Source: Pseudogymnoascus verrucosus
Taxonomy: Eukaryota
NCBI GenBank assembly: GCA_001662655.1
Contig: KV460269.1
Reading direction: 5' to 3' (one strand)
Length of the DNA: 64,000 nt
Below the pieces are notes generated by a model. That model was not told the origin of the DNA and searched no databases. It saw only the letters and a program-made list of their open reading frames with translations. Of the stretch, positions 49,101 through 61,042 are shown one piece after another. The first letter of the stretch is position 1. Each line of letters begins with the position of its first letter. Made by a program: the position numbers and the translations under genes.

Positions 49101-52100
49101 ATCCACCCATTCCACCCCCCCAGCCACACCGTCCACGCATATCACCATCATCATCTCCGTCCGTACATATCCAACAACATACTTCTCCCCTCTCCCATGC
49201 CTATCCATACCTATCACCCTCCCTCTCCCACACATCCCCCCCCAAAACAGGTAGCCATCCCCCGCGCACACACTCTCTAAAAAGCTTGGCCTGCCAAGCA
49301 TTCTGCCGCTTGGCTAAGAATCATGCTTAAATGGGGCGAAAGGGGGTGGGGCGTGCCAAGAAAGCAGGTGTGTAAATGCGGCCTGAGAAAAAAACTGTGG
49401 TCAGGGAGGGGGAGGGGACGAGTGTGTTAGAGTGGTGCAGCTGAAACGGCGGCGCGCGGCGCTGGACTGGGCGGGTGGTTTGTGGTTCCGTCTTACACGA
49501 GGGATATGAAGTATGAAGGAGGGATTTGCGGTGATGGATGGGGATGGCGGATGGTGATTTGCTTGTGTGCCTCTTGTTGGAGTGTGGAGAAGGTGCAGAC
49601 ATCTACGTAGATGCGGATAGGTTGGTTCGGTTGATTGGGGTAGCTAGTAGGGGGGGAGGTGAACGATGGACGCCTTATTGGACCCGAGGAATAGGATTTA
49701 TTGGTGCGCGAGACAGGGTTCGTATTCCTTATTCCCTTTTTTCCCACACTCGACAAAATTACATTTTTTTTTCCTTTGTCTCTTTTTTCCCGATTCTGCC
49801 GTGTCCGTGTCCCTCTCCCTCTTCATGGCGGCTCGGCGGTAGGCTGGGCGGGCTTGGAATTTTCTCTTGGGGTTGGGGGCGGTTTTGGGGTCTTGGCTTG
49901 GCTGTGTGGGCGGCGTCAGACAGGCGCGGTGTTTCGGCGGTGATTTTTTGGGGGAGTTGCCGACGACGGCTCTAACTCTCGCTCGTTTGAGAGCGTTTTG
50001 CCGGTGATGTGCGGCTGGGCATGGATGGGCTTGGGTGCCAGGGAGAGAGGGGGAGGGCCGAATGGGTAAATGGAACCGGACTGGCGGGTTGTTGGATGTG
50101 TGGGTTTGAGTGGAGTTTGGGTGGATGCTATATTGGATGTTTCTGTGGTCGGTGGATAAGGTGAGGACGGCAGAGGGGAAGGAGAGTAGAGAGTAATGTG
50201 GGAAGTTGCGAGCTTGTTGGGTGGATTGTGACATCTGTACTGTAATAGATAGAGTATCTCCGAGGAGAGTACTCTATCCTACTCTGTTCTATTGTTTCGG
50301 AGTTAGAGTTTCTCGTATGAATGATCACCATCACCCGTACTTTATTTGCTGTAAGCTCTAAGGCGTAAGCTGTAGCATGTAATCTGTAATTTATGTACTC
50401 CGCGTATCCAACACCGCCGTATACCAAGCCCCCAACTAAAATTCCGCTTCGTGATGTCCACTCCCTCCTGTCTTGGTAAGAAAGTACTAAGATCGGGCTT
50501 ACCTCCCCCTCCCATGTCCCATACGTACAGTATACATGTACGCCCAGTACCTCCCTCCCCCAACAAGTACATCCCCTCCGATCTCCCTCTCTCCTCTTCC
50601 GAAGTCCCCTTCCGCGGACGAACAAGGATGCTGAAGCGGGCGGGCGAGACAAGGCGTTTACCTAAACCTACTGCGGGCCAGGGTTACATGCTGCTTGTCT
50701 CGGCCCTCGATAAATCATCTCAAATCTTAATCTCACCACCGACCGCGCGAGACCGGGACGCCACTGGTGGGTTGGCGAGACTAGGGGGGGTTACGCGCGA
50801 GAGAGATGAGAGGCGAGATGAGGGTGCTGCTGACGGATGGCTGATTTTCTTGAATTGATGCGATGATGCTCGCTGGGTTTCGTTTACAAGGCAGGGGGAC
50901 TTGGCTGGGTATTCTTCGGCGATGGGGAGAGCAGACGGCGGCGGCCGGTTGGCGAGGATGGGGGAATTATGGTTGGGGAGATATGGGGATTATGGGATCA
51001 TGGAGATGGTGATCGCAGATGAGAGACGGGAAATGTGAGATGCGAGATGGGGGCGGCGGCTGGATGACACAGTTCTGACTGTAGTAGTGTACATAGTTTA
51101 TTGTATTGTATAACAGTTACTCTATTTATGTATTGTACCTTATTTATGTATATTATTATACTCACAGTCTACTTGCCGTTGAAAGGAAGGAACCATGGTG
51201 CCTTGGCCCCGTTGCACGTACGTACGCACTGTTCCTCCCTATGCTGTGCCGTGCTGCTGCTGCTACTGGTTGAGTTACAAATCACTGTGGCACTCACTCA
51301 CTCGTATACCACTGGGCCTTTGTGATTACATTATTATTTGCCCATTTATTACCTCTTGAAACCCCACAGTCTGCCCGAAAGGACAGATTCCGGCCCGTCC
51401 TACGGAGAACGGCTTGCTTGGAGAAGAGAGGCCGAGAGGGATATGCGGCAAAAGACCAGGAGATGGATGGATGGGGCACGGATGGGCACGACATGTGCAA
51501 CGCTTGGATGTGGGCGGGTGTGGACGGGAACTGTGACTATTTGGGGAGATTTTCTAGGCATATCTAGGCGGAGATGAAGGCACGTTTGTGAGAAGGGAGT
51601 TGTTGGAGATGTTTTGAAAGTTGAAAGTAGAGTGAGTATTTATTGATGGTCTCTCTATCTGAGTAAGTACCTTATCTACGTCGACCGGCGGCAATCTGCG
51701 GGAGAATATACATTGAGTGCGGGTTAGAGTACGTATGTTAATTTGCAGGACAGCCTCATGCAAGCCGAAGCATCTCGATGTTGGTTGGGTTCTATGCATG
51801 AAGGAGTGAGATGCTTGGAGGGAAGAAGGCATGAAGGTGTCGTATGCAGCCACAAATAGACCATAAGGCGGAAGGGATATGCATCGGAGGGGAGTATAGT
51901 ATCTTAGGAGACACCTGCATGAGCATCTGAGGGAATATCTGAGGGAATATAAGTGAGAGGTTAGTGTTAGTTAGTAGAGAGTACGCAACTAACTGTAATT
52001 AGCTCCAAGAGGGAACAGTCGAGTACTTCGAGGATGTATTAGAGTACGAGAGTACCCTGTTGGAAGACTGTGCTCCGTTGTTAGGCGTATAGGCGTAGTT

Positions 52101-52295
52101 ATGTAGTTAGACTCGAGTACCTCGATTAGTGTATGGGGTACAAGAATAAGAGTTGTACTTGTATCTCCAACCGTGCTTGGTCCACTCTGCATGTGGCTGG
52201 CAATAGAGTGGGAATAATCAGTAGATTAGTATAGTGGGATACGCAGGGGACGACGTAAGAGAGTAAGCAGACTAGTAGCGTAGAGTGCTGTAATA

Positions 52296-52423
52296 TGGTA
52301 GTAAAGTAGGGTAGAGTAAAAGCAAAATAAAGCAAATGAAAGTAAAGTAGAGTAAAATAGAGTAATGTAAGGTAGAGTAAAGCAAACGTAAAGCAAAATA
52401 AAGTAAAGGACCGCAAAGTAAAG
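52296..52423. repeat. Degenerate pentanucleotide (GTAAA/GTAGA/GCAAA) microsatellite
   Basis: gtagtaaagtagggtagagtaaaagcaaaataaagcaaatgaaagtaaagtagagtaaaatagagtaatgtaagg... Confidence 0.75.
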
Positions 52424-53062
52424 TATATGGGGGCCTTCCCTTCCCTTCCGATCCTAATCTGCTATGTATCCGCCGTATCCATGTGGAGTTCCATTGGCTT
52501 GGCATTGTTGGCTTGGCACGTTGCTGGTTTGACTTGGAAGGCTTGGCTTGATGACCGGAGTTTAATTTGTGTTTAGTGTGTAATGTAATACTCGGCGAAG
52601 TTACAGTTACCGCTCGGCGAAGTTGTGGAAAAGTCTTCTTTGTCGGTGGAGGAGGAGTGGTGGTACTTGGTTTCGTATGGGGGCATAAGTATAGGATGTA
52701 TAGTATGGAGTATAGTATAACATAGTATAGCACATGTGGTCAAATCTGTCAGCTATGCCAACCTTCCTTCTATATAGAAAGGCGATAGGACTCTTTGATA
52801 CGGAGTCAACCGTTCTCATCTAGAGTCAGCTGTTGACAATACTCTTACTGTAAGTCAGAAATAGAGATATTACGTGTACATACGGCGCAGCAACACTATA
52901 CCATACCATACATAACCAACAGCCATTACTCTGTCTTATGCTCCTTCACAAAAATAGAGTACTACAACTAACCAACAACTACTCCACATAATGCCGGCTG
53001 CATCTGCCTTGTCCAGCCTCGTGTTCCTCCTTGTCCTCCTTCCTTCCTCGCGCCATGCCATT

Positions 53063-53138
53063 CATGCTAAGCTACTTACTAAACTGTATACTTAGCCCAT
53101 ACCATGCCATGCTAAGCTACTTACTAAACTGTATACTT
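53063..53138. repeat. 31-bp direct repeat x2 upstream of the WOPR gene
   Basis: catgctaagctacttactaaactgtatactt at 53063-53093 and 53108-53138. Confidence 0.9.
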
Positions 53139-53659
53139 CGTACCATCGTTTGTGCTCTTAGCCGTACTCTACTTTAGTTGATTGTAACTCTACTACTAGC
53201 AGATTACAGTAGACTAACAACTACTAGTCGCCCTTTCCCTTCCTAACCCCCCCTACCCCCCCTACCCTTCCCCCCTACCCCCTACCCCGTTCCACCTTCT
53301 TTATCCCCACACACCCACCTTCTTTCGCTCATTTTTACCTTTTCGCCTTTTTCCCAACCCTAAACCTTCTCGCAACGACCCAGTCCATGGCGTGCCACCA
53401 CCAAGCAAGCCACACCAAGCCTCGCCCAGCTCCGCCCAGACCCAATAGAAATCACCGAATAATCAAATATTAACGAGAATACCTAAATACCTAAAATATC
53501 CAAAATAAATCATCATTTCCCTCTCCCCTCAATGGCCGAGACCCCAAGACGAGACCCAAGACAGAGTGTGGCACTGCAAAATCCCACTATACTACACTAC
53601 CTGTGACTACTGTTGTAACAACCAACTAAACTTTCCCTTTGACGCTCTAACCCTCGACC

Positions 53660-53845
53660 TTATACCCATCTTAGCCCTTCTTAGCCCTTCTTACCCTTCT
53701 TCTTACCCATCTTACCCGTCTTTTGACCCATCCTATCCATTCTATCCCATCCTATCCCCATCTTATCCAACCTGATCCAACCTGATTCATCCTAACTTTG
53801 CCCCATCTTTTGCCCATCTTACCCATATCTTACCCATCTTCTTAC
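53660..53845. repeat. Degenerate ~10-bp tandem repeat (cttacccat-like)
   Basis: cccatcttagcccttcttagcccttcttacccttcttcttacccatcttacccgtc...cttacccatatcttacccatc. Confidence 0.7.
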
Positions 53846-55633
53846 TCGTACACAGACACGGGAGTACTACATATACATACTACATGGTACACAGATCTTA
53901 CCTTATTACACCTTCCTTCCTTCTTATTTGTACATAAACATAACATACGAAAGAAGAAAGAAGCAACAGAAGAAGAAGCACACGCCCACGGCCACCGCTC
54001 ATCCTCACCCTCACACTCATATTCACGCCCTGCATCGCGCCTTCTTTCTTCACACTAATTAATTACAATATCACACTCAAATACTCTACTCCACCCTGTA
54101 CAAGCTTCTTTCGACCTGCCCTGTACCTTACACATCTCAACTATTTCCACCTTTTTACCTCCTTCCCACCTTCCTTTCCGTCTTCCGGCTTTCTTCTTTC
54201 CACCATTCTCCCGAACCGATCTCCATCGTCACTCACCCTTCCTCCACCTTCCACCGCCGATCTTCACTAATCCTCACCGATCAACACCACCAACACCACC
54301 AACGGCAATTATCTCAAAACTTCCGTCAAACTCACCCCGGCCCTACTTCTCTGCTACTTCTCTCACTGGCTGCACATCTGCCATCGAAACAGTAACAGTG
54401 CCGTTACGCCGTTATCAACCATACTCCGCGCACGCACTCAGATCGTCCGCCGCCATCTGACTCCGTGCTTGTTCACTGGCCCTCGTCCTTGCGCTTAACG
54501 GGATTTAACTATCAACCAACCCCTCCACCCTCGCCCATTTCGAAAATAAAGCACCTGCACCTACTCGACAACCAAGACACGATTACTCGAAAAAAATAGT
54601 TGCCGACGAAACATATAGTGCTTATCCCCTTCCACGCTCATAAGCCCACTGTCCACTATCTGCCGTGATCAGAAGTGGGAACTTTCGAAATAAAGCGCCG
54701 AACAGATCCTCATATTGGGATCCACTCCAAACAGATAGGATACGACTCCAAACAGACACCCCTCATACCCATACGAACAAAGCTGCTGCTCCACCAACAC
54801 ACAGCCGTTGCCGTTTTCTCTACATGCATATATATGTATATATATTTAATTATATATACATGTAACCACACATAACACCACCCACACCAAACGAATTCGT
54901 TTTCTGACGCTACACTTAACGGCCTTGGTGTTTCATACAGTGAGTACAGCATTTTCTTTTCCCTTCGGCCAAATTTCAAAGCAAATCCACGCACACCAAA
55001 AAAAAGGATCAGCTCAAGGAATGCCCGACATACAAATCCTGTGTCGTCGCTTGTAACCTTGCGTCATCGGGAGTCTGTATCTTCGGCCAACTATCGCCTG
55101 CCGGAGCTTTCTACAATACGCGCGTGCGCCGGTCCTCGACAAAAAAAAACCCCCCATCGTTGAACAAGAGAGAGCCGCAACTCGGCCACCAAACGAAGAA
55201 TCAGCACGCCAACACGACGTTTGAAGCAACTTGCTCTACAGCGTGTCCAGCACCGACTATCGGCTTGCACAGCACTTATTCATACTATACGTGGAAGGGT
55301 CATAACTAACCACCTTCTCAAGCGAACACAGATCAAACGCCGAACGCCTGACATACTCGACAAATCTTGCGATTTGACCCTGCACAGAACTGCCGATACC
55401 CCCCACGACTATTAGCGCACCACGCAATTGCGCGGCCAGTGCGACAGACCTACAAGGAGAAGCGCTTCAGAAAGGACGCGGCTGCGTGACAACGTTCTCA
55501 ATTGGGAAAGTTGCCCTCGTTTAGCCGTCGGCAATCCTACACTACGAGCTTCCGTACTACGCTTGTGATCGAATATAAACCATAGAGAAGAGACGATACC
55601 ACGCGCTGAGATAGATACCCAGCCTATACAAAG

Positions 55634-57172
55634 ATGACGGAAACATACAGAGGACACGTTCGGAGCCCTGCGGACGCCATAAAGCTATTCGAGGCTTGCC
55701 GACTTGGCTTATTACCCCGCGTGCAACGAAGATTATCGGAGAAGGAGAGGCAATCAATAACATCTGGCTCGGTGTTCGTATGGGACGAGCGCGAGGCAGG
55801 CATGCGTCGGTGGACTGACGGCAAATCATGGAGTGCGAGCCGTGTCTCTGGCAGCTTTCTCACATACCGCGAGATGGAGGGCAAGCGCGGCGGGGGCAAC
55901 TTCGTCCCTGCACCGCGGCGACTTGGCGGAAAGACACCAGATAGTGGGCGCGGCAGCGACGAGGACGCAGATATGGACCAGGATAGCCTAGACGGATACC
56001 GTTATAAGGCAGATGGACTATTGAAGCAGTCATTCAGCATCACGACATCTAATGGCCAGCACCTTCACTTAATCAGCTACTTTGCGCGCCAGCATCCGAG
56101 CATAACAGATCTTCCACAGCCAACGACCGATCCGGCACTGCGACATATCGTCCCCGTCAAGGGCATGTATCCCGAGTCCACAGTCCACGACCAAGCGCCA
56201 CCTCCTCCCCGCGCGCAAATTCAGGGACCTTACATGTCCTCACCACAACAGATGATGCCCGGAAACGCCCCTCACTCCCGGTCACCATACCCTTATTCCC
56301 CCGGCTACGGCGCCTGGCCACCCTCTCCAGTCCCGACCCCCCCCTACAACTACCCTCCCTCAATGTACGGCTCGCAGCTTCCCCCTCCCCCACCAAACGA
56401 CAGGAGTCCACACCAGTACTCGCCTCAACACCTCCCCCCTCATATGCAGCACCACCCTGCACCACAGCCATACGACCGCTCCCCTCACCACCCGCACAGT
56501 CCACACGATAGCCTCGCTCCGCGACACCTCTCCGCCTCCGGCCCACCACCACAGATGAGCACCCTTGCATACGCGACAAATGCTGCCCGCGACGCCCAGC
56601 ACGCTCTCGCACAGGCGCAGGCCATGCAGGCGCAACAACTGGGACAGATGCATTCGGGAGCTCGTGGGCCGCCGTCTGTAGATCCAAGGTTAGGACCAAG
56701 AGTGCCACCACTTCACCACCAGCAGTCGAACGGGCACGCGCCGCCGCCTCTGCACCACCTCTCTTCGCCCACTGGAAGCAGGGACGGTTCGCTGGGACAG
56801 GATAGGCCACAACAGAGGAGTCCCCTATCGAATGGTGCACCGCCTCACCAGCCGAGAAGCGGAGAGGCCCAGAGCATTCCCAGCATTTCGAATATGGTGC
56901 ACGGCACCCCCTCCTCAGGCCCGCCACCCTCCTCCGCCCCATTATCCGCGTCCTCGTCGCAACAGCGCAGCCCCGGCGGCGCACCGCAGCAACCGAGCCC
57001 GTCGAGCAGAATGCCCGATAAGGGCGTCAGCCCCGCCAGGAACGACGAGGACGAGGCTAAGGGCGCGAATGGCATCCCGAGAGAGATTCCGCATGCGAAT
57101 ATCACGGGTCCTGGGTTTGGAGGAGAGGATATGCGCGCGTTGAGGGTGCTGGATCGGAAGTTTTGTATCTGA
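55634..57172 (+). CDS. pac2: Gti1/Pac2 (WOPR domain) transcriptional regulator, Pac2 clade
   Basis: ETYRGHVRSPADAIKLFEACRLGLLPRVQRRLSEKER..GSVFVWDEREAGMRRWTDGKSWSASRVSGSFLTYREMEG..GLLKQSFS..HLISY. P/Q-rich tail ending EDMRALRVLDRKF. Confidence 0.92.
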   Translation: MTETYRGHVRSPADAIKLFEACRLGLLPRVQRRLSEKERQSITSGSVFVWDEREAGMRRWTDGKSWSASRVSGSFLTYREMEGKRGGGNFVPAPRRLGGKTPDSGRGSDEDADMDQDSLDGYRYKADGLLKQSFSITTSNGQHLHLISYFARQHPSITDLPQPTTDPALRHIVPVKGMYPESTVHDQAPPPPRAQIQGPYMSSPQQMMPGNAPHSRSPYPYSPGYGAWPPSPVPTPPYNYPPSMYGSQLPPPPPNDRSPHQYSPQHLPPHMQHHPAPQPYDRSPHHPHSPHDSLAPRHLSASGPPPQMSTLAYATNAARDAQHALAQAQAMQAQQLGQMHSGARGPPSVDPRLGPRVPPLHHQQSNGHAPPPLHHLSSPTGSRDGSLGQDRPQQRSPLSNGAPPHQPRSGEAQSIPSISNMVHGTPSSGPPPSSAPLSASSSQQRSPGGAPQQPSPSSRMPDKGVSPARNDEDEAKGANGIPREIPHANITGPGFGGEDMRALRVLDRKFCI

Positions 57173-58165
57173 GAGAGATTTCTTCCACCTTGCATGGCGG
57201 TTTTTAATATTGACTCGGATTTTCTACCGGAGGGAGGGATGGGAAGTAATCGGGGTGGATGGAGAGGCCATGTGACTTTGACAAAAGTTTGGGAGGAGCG
57301 CTCATTGCGTTTTGTTTTTTTCTGCGGCAAAGATCTTTTTTCTTTGCGTCGCTTTTTCGAGGGGGGATTCCGCAGTTTCCTATCAGGAGCAAATGCGCGG
57401 ATAGGGAGACTGGAGACGGGGGAATGGACATGGATATGACTGCTTTGCTAGAGGGACCTACTCACACGAATGGACCGGAGCAGGGGGATATGAATACCTT
57501 TTTTTTTTAGGACTCGTTATGTTTTTCCTAGGAGTTGCTGGGGCCGCAAGGCATGGCAGGGCAAGGTGGATGGACGGACGGGACGGGGAGAGGCTGAGGG
57601 GCTATTGGCATCGCTCTTTGCTTTTGATAACCTCTTTTTTTGTGCTTGGTTTTTTTTGGTAGTGGCTTTTGGGGTTTGCTTTGAGGCATTGTTTTGCGTT
57701 TGTTTTTTCTATTTGCTTAGACTGTTCACGAGGGGGGAGAGTGGGGTGGGATGGGATGGGTATATAGGTGGTTGGTGACGAGGAGGGGAGATAAATGGTG
57801 GTAGATCAGGTTAATGGAATCAATCAATATTTCGTGACTATTCTATTCATTGGGTTTTTTCTGTTATATGTTGTGAGGGTATGCTACGTGTGTATCGCCT
57901 TGCTTCGAGTCATATAGTAGGTATTATCGACAGTCGGCCGACTTGGTTTTAGTTAAGTCATATAATTTTGGTGGCACTTTTGGTCGTCTGTAGTAGATTT
58001 ATTTCTAAGGTAATCATTATATTGAGTGCGAATTTGCATATAACACGCTCTACTCCCGCCAACTACCTACACTCGCGAGCTGATTTGGAGACTAGAGAAT
58101 GGCAATACCTAAATCTCACAACTGTCCGAAAAATATCCAATTCCGCCAGGCAACAACAATACTAC

Positions 58166-60670
58166 CTACTTCGACAGCACCGTCACTGACCCCTCACCCT
58201 TCAAATCCCTACTACTGAACCCAACACTCACCTTAATCTCCCCCCTCGGTATCCTCCATGTCTGCGCAATCACATCCCAATAACTAACATCCCGTCTCGT
58301 TAAAGTAAACTTAACATCCTTGCTCTCTCCCGGTTTCAGCGCTACCTTCTCAAACCCCCGAAGAACCCTCAATGGCGTGCCAGCGGGAACGGAATCTTGC
58401 GGGAGCGATATGTATAACTGAACTACTGTGCTCCCAGCCAGCGATCCGGTGTTTGAAACCTTTGTCGACGCGGTGAGGAGGGGGGAGTAGAGGTCCGGGT
58501 TTCCCCCTGGAAGGATGGCTTTTGATGCATCTGGGATTGCTGGGGGGTTCTTGACTAGTTTGGAGACGGAGAACGAGGAGAGGGAGAAGGTTGTGTAGCT
58601 GAGGCCATACCCGAATTCATATAGGGGAGTAATGTTTTTAGAGTCAAAATGGCGGTAGTCGATCATCAATCCCTCTGTGAAATCGGCCTGCCATTCATCC
58701 ACAGCAGTCACGGATGAGAGGTTCGTAACTGGGATGTCATAATCGGACTCGTGTTCTGAGATGGTGTAGGGGAGCTTGCCGGAGGGATTCACGTCCCCCC
58801 AGAGGATATCGACGATTGAATTCCCGCTTTCTTGCCCGGGGTAGTGCGCCGCGAGGATGGCTTTCACGTTTGGATTCTTAGCCCAAGGCATGGTGTTCAC
58901 GCCGCCGGAGTGCGTTACCACGATGGTGTTTGGGCATTTCCGAGCTACGTTGTTGACCACCGCCGTTGAGTTCCAGTCGTTCTCGAAGGATGTTCTGTCG
59001 CGCCCCTCGGAAGCGAAGGTCTTGAGGAAAACGATGCAGACGTCGGGGGTGGGGAAGATACTGCGGAAGTCGTTGGAGGCGAGGCGGGAATTGCTTGTGA
59101 TATACTGCACGCGGGCGCCGATTTCTTGGGCTTTGGATTTGATGGCCGAAAGAGGCGAGATGAGAGAGGAGTGCCGACCTGTACCGGATCCTCCGCCGAC
59201 ATCCAGGGTGCCGATGTCGTAACCGTATGTCTCGGACTCGAAGGAGCCGTCGGAGATGATTGTGAGGCCGTCAGTTGGATCAGGTGCGTCGTTTCCGAAG
59301 ACCCCGATGTTTTTGGGAGACTTGAGGGGGAGAGTCGAGTTGAGGTTCTTGAGGAGTACTGTTCCTGCTGCGCCTAGCTTGCGGATGATTTTCGCATGAT
59401 CCTTTCGGACATCTCGAGCTGGGATCTCAGGCACCCCGAGAGATGCGCCGTACTGGGCTGCTAGGACATGCATAGCTGATGGATCAGTCGTTGGGAAGTT
59501 CTTGTCCTGGCCGAGAAAGTAATATGGCATCATGATGCGGCGGACCATGTCATCGAGGCGGGTCATGGGTACACTTCCATTATTCACGGCGGTGGTGAGG
59601 TTTGCCCCGAAATAAGAAAGTCCTGTTCCTGCAGACAAAGATTCTACATCGATGGTTCCTGGCATGGTCATGTCTAGGCCAGCGTTGGCTGATTTCACAC
59701 CAGAGTGCGTTGCGAACCAGTCAGAGACAACGTATCCTTGAAACCCCAGCTCTTTCTTCAAGATCCCATTAAGAAGTTCAGAGTTCTCGCAAGCGTAGGT
59801 CTGGTTGACACGATTATAGCTGCACATGATCGAAGTTGTCCCGGCTTTAACGGCATCGGCGAAAGGCCAGAGGTAGAGCTCATGCAGCGTGCGGTCGTCT
59901 ATGTTGGAAGATACTGCTTCGATGTTTGTTCCATCAGCAAAAACGGTGTTGCTTCTCTGAGTCTCCTGCTCGTTTCCGATGAAATGCTTAGAGCAGGACT
60001 GAACACCTGCATCGTGAAAACCTCGAACAGAGGAGGCCATTGCGACTCCAGTTAAGTAAGGATCAGCGGAGAATCCTTCCCAGTTACGACCACCTAAAGG
60101 ATGTCTCCCCAGAGGCCCACCAACAGGGCTGCATTATCATTGTTAGTTAAAGGGCAAAACAAATGGGTGGGAGTCATACCCCAGTCCGACATGACTTCCT
60201 TTAGCTCTGAATTCGGACCCGAGAGCAAGGGCTCGCTGGTAGATGAGATCCCTATCCCAGCTTGCAGCAGCTGTCAACCCCGCTGGGAAGATGCTAACCA
60301 AATCGGCACGATTGAATGCGGTTGGACCGTCGGACATGCAGATTCCTGAGAACCCAAGACGTTCAATTGGTGCTATGTTACCAATACAGGGCCCGTTATC
60401 ACCGGTGACCATGCTCACTTTCTCTGTCAGGTTTAGCCGCGCGATAAAGGCATTTGCCTTAACTAGTGCATGCTCCCATCCACCAGTCCCTGTGGAATAT
60501 GCTAATCAGGATTTATTAGAATTAGAGGCAATTGTGTTTCATTGGTTATCCTTACATATCGCAGGGGGGTTATTGTTGATACTATGGGACTGAGAGCTGG
60601 CTCGTCCCTCAACAACGGTCAAGAGGTGATTTCTGATGAAGAAGGCAATAACATTTGATAGAAGGACCAT
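58166..60670 (-). CDS. Glycoside hydrolase family 3 beta-glucosidase
   Basis: Three exons: MVLLSNVIAFF..|..LNLTEKVSMVTG..SDGP..FPAGLTAAASWDRDL..|GPLGRHPLGGRNWEGFSADPYL..KHFIGNEQE..MCSYN..VVSDWFAT..PSGKLPYT..EFGYGLSYTTF..LRGFEKV. Confidence 0.93.
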
Positions 60671-61042
60671 CTTGAGAGTATTAAGGAGGAAAGACTTGAG
60701 TAATATCGATGCTGTGAACTCTTATTTCTTGGGGAACTATCTAGGTATTTGTAACCCACAACTCCTTTTTTGAATATAGCAACTCATGAGGGGTAGACGT
60801 GAATGCCCTCATAAGGCGCAAAATATTGTATAGAATTGACCGAGAGATCGACCGGCACTAGAATACCAGCTCATAAGGACCGTGATAATGCCGAAGAGAA
60901 GATATACCTAGGTTAATCGTCTTCTCTGGCTTGTTTGCTTTGTTCAGCCGGTAACTGCGAGTTGGCACCATTCGCAAAAACAGGTCATGCTACGTAGTTA
61001 CTTATATTGTAGTTCTATCGACTGCAAATACACTTTCCTATA

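Noticed and set aside
46185..55600. Many 60-260 aa ORFs on both strands (e.g. 47353..48132, 47379..48128, 49698..50234)
   Set aside because: Low-complexity, overlapping in several frames, with no motifs. Typical of simple-sequence intergenic DNA.
56157..56984. 275-aa antisense ORF
   Set aside because: Shadow of the GC-rich P/Q-rich pac2 coding region.
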